Assembly: GCA_041659365.1 (NCBI GenBank)
Contig: JBAZYH010000001.1
Location: 37,590 to 101,589 of the forward strand
DNA from: Minisyncoccota bacterium
GTDB lineage: Bacteria; Patescibacteriota; Minisyncoccia; Phycocordibacterales; GWA1-40-21
Direction: 5' to 3'
DNA: 64,000 nucleotides
The notes beneath the pieces were generated by a model. It did not search any database. It saw only the letters and a program-made list of their open reading frames with translations, and was not told where the DNA came from. How positions within the stretch are numbered: position 1 is the first letter of the stretch; each line of letters begins with the position of its first letter. Positions 59,132 through 64,000 of this stretch are shown piece after piece. Made by a program: the position numbers and the translations under genes.

Positions 59132-60274
59132 CTAAATCTTAAACTCAATCACATCTCCATCTTTAACTACATATTCCTTCCCTTCTGTTCTTACCAAACC
59201 TTTTTCTCTTGCTTGACCATAAGAACCAACTTCAAGAAGTTTATTCCATTCTATAACCTCAGCACGCACAAACTTTTCTTTAAAATCTCCATGTATAGCG
59301 GTTCCGGCTTCTGGTGCAGTCCACCCCTTTTTAATAGTCCAGGCGCGAGTTTCATCTTCTCCTGTAGTAAAATAAGTCATAAGACCAAGTAAGTCGTAGC
59401 CTGCTTTTATAAGATTATCTACTCCATCTTCCTTAGACAATTTTTCTTCTCCTGCTAAGGCACTTCTCATTTCTTCTTTTTCAGCACCCTCGAAATCTTT
59501 TAATTCTTGCTCTATACCTGCATCTACTATCACATATTTAGAGTTAGTTTCTTTTCCGCCAGAGGCGGATCCGCCTTGGGCGGAAAAGAAATCCATTAAC
59601 TTTTTCCAACGATCATCTTTTATATCATCCAAGTTTTTTCCACCAGTTTTTTTATTTAAAATATAAAGTATTGGTTTTGCAGTAAGAAGACAAAGTTTTT
59701 TCGCTTCTTCTATTTCCTTTTCATCTAAAACTGCAGTACTAGAAAGTTTTCCTACTTCAAGCACAGCGTTTAACTTTACTAATGCACTTTTCTCTATAAC
59801 AGCACTTTTACTTCCTCTTTTGATATCACTTTCTATATTACTAAGTCTTTTGGATACAGTCTGAAGATCAGCAAGAACGAGCTCAAGATTAATAGTCTCA
59901 ATATCTGAAAGTGGATTTATCACTCCATTTACATGAATAACGTTATCATCTTCAAAGATACGGACCACTTCAGCGATAGCATCTGTCTCACGAATATTTG
60001 TAAGGAATTTATTTCCCAAACCTTCACCAGCAGAAGCTCCTTTTACAAGTCCAGCAATATCCACAAATTCAACTGCAGCAGGAATAGTTTTTGCCGCTTT
60101 AGAAAATTCTGAAAGCTTCCAAAGTCTTGGGTCAGGTACAGCAACAACACCTACAGATGGATCTATAGTACAAAAAGGATAATTTTCACAAGCTACAGCC
60201 TTACGAGTAAGCGCATTAAAAAGTGTACTTTTCCCGACGTTTGGTAAACCTACAATTCCGATTGATAATGACAT
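59132..60274 (-). CDS. ychF: redox-regulated ATPase YchF (Obg family)
   Basis: GIVGLPNVGKSTLFN, NYPFCTIDP, DIAGLVKGA..GEGLGN and a TGS domain. Confidence 0.97.
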   Translation of the reverse strand: MSLSIGIVGLPNVGKSTLFNALTRKAVACENYPFCTIDPSVGVVAVPDPRLWKLSEFSKAAKTIPAAVEFVDIAGLVKGASAGEGLGNKFLTNIRETDAIAEVVRIFEDDNVIHVNGVINPLSDIETINLELVLADLQTVSKRLSNIESDIKRGSKSAVIEKSALVKLNAVLEVGKLSSTAVLDEKEIEEAKKLCLLTAKPILYILNKKTGGKNLDDIKDDRWKKLMDFFSAQGGSASGGKETNSKYVIVDAGIEQELKDFEGAEKEEMRSALAGEEKLSKEDGVDNLIKAGYDLLGLMTYFTTGEDETRAWTIKKGWTAPEAGTAIHGDFKEKFVRAEVIEWNKLLEVGSYGQAREKGLVRTEGKEYVVKDGDVIEFKI

Positions 60275-60381
60275 AATGTAAATACTTTAGCAGATTTTTT
60301 TATTTTAAGATAGGTTTTTTCTATAATAGACTAATCACAATAAATTAAAAAACTTCATAATATATTATGAAGTTTTTTAAT

Positions 60382-60612
60382 TTATTGCATCAGTTTTCTT
60401 AATTCATTCTGATTCTCTCTCATAACTTCCATGGATGCAGACATCTGATCCTTACCTTCCTTCATCTTTTGTTCAATCTTTTTTGCTATATCATTAAAGA
60501 ATTCTGGATTCTTTTCTATAGCTCCTATTATCTTATTTTGTTGATCTTCTGGAAGCCCCTTCATCTGCGACTTCAACATCTGCTTCATCATTATATTTTT
60601 GAAAAATCCCAT
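60382..60612 (-). CDS. small Met/Gln/Lys-rich helical hypothetical protein
   Basis: 76-aa ORF followed by a hairpin at 60342-60383. Confidence 0.7.
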   Translation of the reverse strand: MGFFKNIMMKQMLKSQMKGLPEDQQNKIIGAIEKNPEFFNDIAKKIEQKMKEGKDQMSASMEVMRENQNELRKLMQ

Positions 60613-60786
60613 ATGTTTATTTATCCGACCAAAATTATTTTTGGTTTAGGATTATTATTTAATTTAATAATTATTACTAGATATTTATATCATATTTTTA
60701 ATATTTTTAAAACATATAAAAAATGAAATTTTGCTTCACAAAATTCCCTTTTTTCTTAAAAACCAAAATATCAACTTTTATTTAAA

Positions 60787-62361
60787 TTAATTCTTTCCTG
60801 AAAACAAAATTTTATCGCCTTCATCCAAACCATAGATTATTTCTGTCATTCCATTATCACCCTGAATACCAATATTTATATTTTTAGTAACTATATTATT
60901 TCCATCCATTTTTTGTACGGAATATTTATCATCATTTTCGGATATCGCATACCTTGGTATAGACAAAACATTTTCTTTTTTGTTTACCTCTATCTCTACG
61001 TCTACAGTAAGTCCACTCTTTAATCTATTGTCTATTTTATCAAAGACAATCTTTAGTTTAAAATTTGGAATATTATCTATCAAAGTCTCTGCTGGTTCTA
61101 TATAAACAAGTTTTCCAACAAAATTCTCATTAGGAAAAGCATCCATTGTCATTTTTACAACATTACCAATATTAACTTTCCCTATGTTTATTTCTGGAAC
61201 GTATGCTTCTACTTCAAAGTTCGATATCGATATTACAGAAACCATAACAGTGTTAGGAGAAACTATCTCACCAACTTTTGCTTCCTGCTTAGTAATAATT
61301 CCATCTATGGGAGAATAAATTACGTTTTTTGAAAGCTGAGCCTGAATACCTGCAACTTGAGCCTTAGCACCTTCAACCAATGATTCCTGCGTATTTGTTT
61401 GTTCTAAAGTATATCCAGATTTCTTTACCTTTAACTCGCTTTGAGAAATCTTAGAAGAATAAGATAGTGATTCATATTCATTTATACTCGCTGTTAAATT
61501 GTTTATTGCTAAATTTATATTAGTTCTTGCCGTTGAAATATTTAATTTCCATACATCTATTTCTGCTTGGGTTATATAATCATCAGCTAATATAGAGCTT
61601 AAAGCAAAAGCACTATCATCAAGAAGTTTTTTTACTGCATTTAAATTTATTTTTGAAGTATTGTAGTAAATAGCAAGGTCTGACACTTCAGTTAAACTTC
61701 TGAGAGATTTATTCCAAGAAATAAGAATATCTTCTACATCATTTTTTTCACTCCTAATATCATCCTCCAAACCAGAATCGACACTAAATTTTAAATATGA
61801 ATTATACCTAACCGGATCAACAAAAATTGGGTAAAGTTTATTTCTAACAGAGTCATCTGCTACCGTATATGTGTCTCTAATATTATTCATTAAAGAAATT
61901 TTTGACTGATTAAAATCAGAGCTAGCTTTATCTGTTTTTATATACTGTAAATCAAGCTCTTCTGACCTTGTTCCCTTTATCATTTCAGAAAGTTTTGATT
62001 GCTCCGCAGAAAGATTAGCTTCTACTTGAAGTAAATTCGCATTTAACTCACTAGAATCAAGTCTCACTAGGGACTGCCCTAATTTTACAGTATCCCCAAC
62101 AGAAGCAAAAACATAGGTGACCTTACCACTCTTTTCAAAAGACAAATCAGCAGAAGAAGCAGATTTTGTCTTACCAGAAACACTTACAGTCTGAACAATA
62201 TCACTCCTTTTTACAGTTATTATTTCCTGTGTTTTATTTTTATTATTATTTATTAATGATAAAGATATTAAAATAACAACAATTATTATTGCGGGTATAA
62301 AAAATTTTGGCTTTTTAACAAAATTTAATATTTTATCTTTTGAATTTTTTATTTTTTCCAT
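60787..62361 (-). CDS. MacA/HlyD-family periplasmic adaptor
   Basis: N-terminal TM, lipoyl halves LSFEKSGKV..GDTV..GQ and IYSPIDGII, long coiled coil. Confidence 0.9.
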   Translation of the reverse strand: MEKIKNSKDKILNFVKKPKFFIPAIIIVVILISLSLINNNKNKTQEIITVKRSDIVQTVSVSGKTKSASSADLSFEKSGKVTYVFASVGDTVKLGQSLVRLDSSELNANLLQVEANLSAEQSKLSEMIKGTRSEELDLQYIKTDKASSDFNQSKISLMNNIRDTYTVADDSVRNKLYPIFVDPVRYNSYLKFSVDSGLEDDIRSEKNDVEDILISWNKSLRSLTEVSDLAIYYNTSKINLNAVKKLLDDSAFALSSILADDYITQAEIDVWKLNISTARTNINLAINNLTASINEYESLSYSSKISQSELKVKKSGYTLEQTNTQESLVEGAKAQVAGIQAQLSKNVIYSPIDGIITKQEAKVGEIVSPNTVMVSVISISNFEVEAYVPEINIGKVNIGNVVKMTMDAFPNENFVGKLVYIEPAETLIDNIPNFKLKIVFDKIDNRLKSGLTVDVEIEVNKKENVLSIPRYAISENDDKYSVQKMDGNNIVTKNINIGIQGDNGMTEIIYGLDEGDKILFSGKN

Positions 62362-62372
62362 CTTTTTTGTTG

Positions 62373-63065
62373 TTAACTAATAAATTTATTTTCTCCTGTT
62401 GTATTATCTGCTATCACTCCGTCTGATAATGTTATTACTCTATGAGCTACCATCGCATAATCTTTCTCATGAGTAACCATAACTATTGTCTGTCCCTCTC
62501 TACTAAGCTCCAAAAAAACTTTTAATACTGTCTCTGCCGTCTCACTATCTAAATTTGCCGTTGGTTCATCCGCAAAGATTATTTTTGGACTATGACCTAT
62601 TGCTCTCGCTATACTTACTCTCTGCTGTTGTCCACCAGATAATTGACTGGGAAGATTTTCTAACTTATCCAATAAACCAACTTTCTCGAGAGCAATCCTT
62701 GAAATACGTTCAGCAGTCTTTTTATCTGTACCTTGCATAAGAAGTGGTAACATAACATTTTCAAGAGAATTAAGTTCTGGTATAAGAGCATAATCTTGAA
62801 AAACAAAACCAAGTTCTCTTAATCTAAACTGTGTTTTCTCTTGTGGGTTAAGTTTAGAAATATTTACATTATCAACTATTATATCACCACTATTGGGTTC
62901 ATCTAAAAGACTGAGTTGATACATCAAAGTACTTTTTCCAGAACCAGATCTTCCAGTAATAGCGACAAATTCTCCTTTTTTTACATGTATATCAAGCCCT
63001 TTCAAAACAACAAGTTCAGAATCTCCTACTTTAAATTTTTTTATTATACCTTTTGCTTTTATCAT
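62373..63065 (-). CDS. MacB/LolD-type ABC ATP-binding protein
   Basis: GRSGSGKS, LSGGQQQRV, ADEPT and VTHE. Start at MIKAKG because the upstream extension derives from a family A repeat. Confidence 0.95.
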   Translation of the reverse strand: MIKAKGIIKKFKVGDSELVVLKGLDIHVKKGEFVAITGRSGSGKSTLMYQLSLLDEPNSGDIIVDNVNISKLNPQEKTQFRLRELGFVFQDYALIPELNSLENVMLPLLMQGTDKKTAERISRIALEKVGLLDKLENLPSQLSGGQQQRVSIARAIGHSPKIIFADEPTANLDSETAETVLKVFLELSREGQTIVMVTHEKDYAMVAHRVITLSDGVIADNTTGENKFIS

Positions 63066-63074
63066 TTTTGTATT

Positions 63075-63106
63075 GTCATTGCGAGCATAGCGTCGCAATC
63101 CAGGTT
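63075..63106. repeat. family A repeat inside the ABC operon
   Basis: TGTCATTGCGAGCATAGCGTCGCAATCCAGGTT. Confidence 0.8.
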
Positions 63107-63175
63107 AATTTTATTTTTATTGTCTTTTCTTTATTTTACCATATTCAATATTCAACATTTTATATTCTCTCCAAA

Positions 63176-64000
63176 CTATCTTCCCAATATTGCGTCTAAA
63201 GTATTTTGCCTTACAACTATCTGTGCTGGTATGTATCCTGCGATTATTGTAGCAATCATTAAAAGCCCGACCCTTACCAAAACCCCAGAAATGGTCACCG
63301 AAAGTATTCCATCACTAAAAGGAAAATCTATTGGGTTTGCATCAAAGTAAGGTTTAAGTAAAGCAAAAAGTATTAGACACCCTAAAGCTGTTCCAATAAA
63401 AGCATAAAATATTGCCTGCCTTACATAAGCCGTTTTTATTGCACTTGATTCTATACCTATACCTTTTAATATTCCAATAAATTTTCTTCTAGTAATAGCA
63501 TTAATATAAATCACAATAAAAATAGTTATAGAAGCCACAACAAGTCCAATGCTTCCGACTACATTTCCTAAAAGTGCAAAAGTATTTATAAGGTCGGTAA
63601 GAAATTTTGGTTTTGCTTCATCAAACGTTTGAATCTTTCCATATTTATCTGCACCAGTCATCTTTATCGCATCTCTTACAAGCTCAGGGCTTATACCTGG
63701 TTTTATTTTTATCGCCATTTCATTTACATTGAAATCATTCTTACCTGCAAGTATCCTAAACTGAGATTCGGGCATAAAAACTCTTCTAGATATTTCATCA
63801 ACTTTTGTTTTTACAATACCTTTTATTATCATCTCTCTAGTATTTACACCGATAGTAATCCTCACTTTATCACCAACCTTCGCATCGCTTAAAGTAGAAA
63901 AGCCCGCAGTCTCTACAGGAAAATATTTCTTTAAAAGCATCGAACCTATTATCACTTTATCTGTATCATCTGCTTTTAAATATTCACCTTCTATTAAGAA
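63176..64000 (-). CDS. FtsX/MacB-type ABC permease, partial (5' end outside the window)
   Basis: RRKFIGILKGIG and IAGYIPA; the frame stays open to the window edge. Confidence 0.9.
   Translation of the reverse strand, partial: FLIEGEYLKADDTDKVIIGSMLLKKYFPVETAGFSTLSDAKVGDKVRITIGVNTREMIIKGIVKTKVDEISRRVFMPESQFRILAGKNDFNVNEMAIKIKPGISPELVRDAIKMTGADKYGKIQTFDEAKPKFLTDLINTFALLGNVVGSIGLVVASITIFIVIYINAITRRKFIGILKGIGIESSAIKTAYVRQAIFYAFIGTALGCLILFALLKPYFDANPIDFPFSDGILSVTISGVLVRVGLLMIATIIAGYIPAQIVVRQNTLDAILGR

Noticed and set aside
1-64000. IS element, integrase, prophage or reverse-transcriptase (DGR/retron) system
   Set aside because: No transposase, recombinase, phage structural or RT motifs were recognised in any ORF.

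Overview
AT-rich 64 kb segment of a bacterial chromosome. Gene content and style suggest a Patescibacteria/CPR (Parcubacteria-like) genome; this is inferred, and TGA is used as a stop, so the code is standard 11. Core genes: tRNA-Ala(TGC), ddl, uvrC, uvrA (one in-frame TAA), uvrB, tgt, FKBP PPIase, LOG-family protein, pseudouridine synthase, membrane-anchored Clp-like ATPase, frameshifted AlkD-like repair gene, DEAD-box helicase, pilin, DEDD exonuclease, RRM protein, rpoD-dnaG, rpoC-rpoB, aminopeptidase, SPFH protein, MFS transporter, a 2259-aa surface protein, TspO, ychF and a MacAB-like ABC exporter. The most unusual material is non-coding. (1) A stand-alone Cas2-like gene, with no cas1 or CRISPR array in the window, is bracketed by a perfect palindrome that also occurs solo elsewhere (one copy with a compensated centre) and sits next to a candidate small structured RNA. 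(2) At least six families of dispersed hairpin repeats show conserved loops and co-varying stems, and several are inserted in frame in uvrC, tgt and ychF. (3) An array of decaying, alternately oriented tRNA-Ala 3'-end copies is studded with hairpins. (4) Leaderless genes (TATAAT-N6-ATG) contrast with self-contained Shine-Dalgarno-led orphan cassettes. (5) A candidate leader-peptide attenuator precedes the MFS gene. All function calls come from motif recognition by eye; no searches were run.
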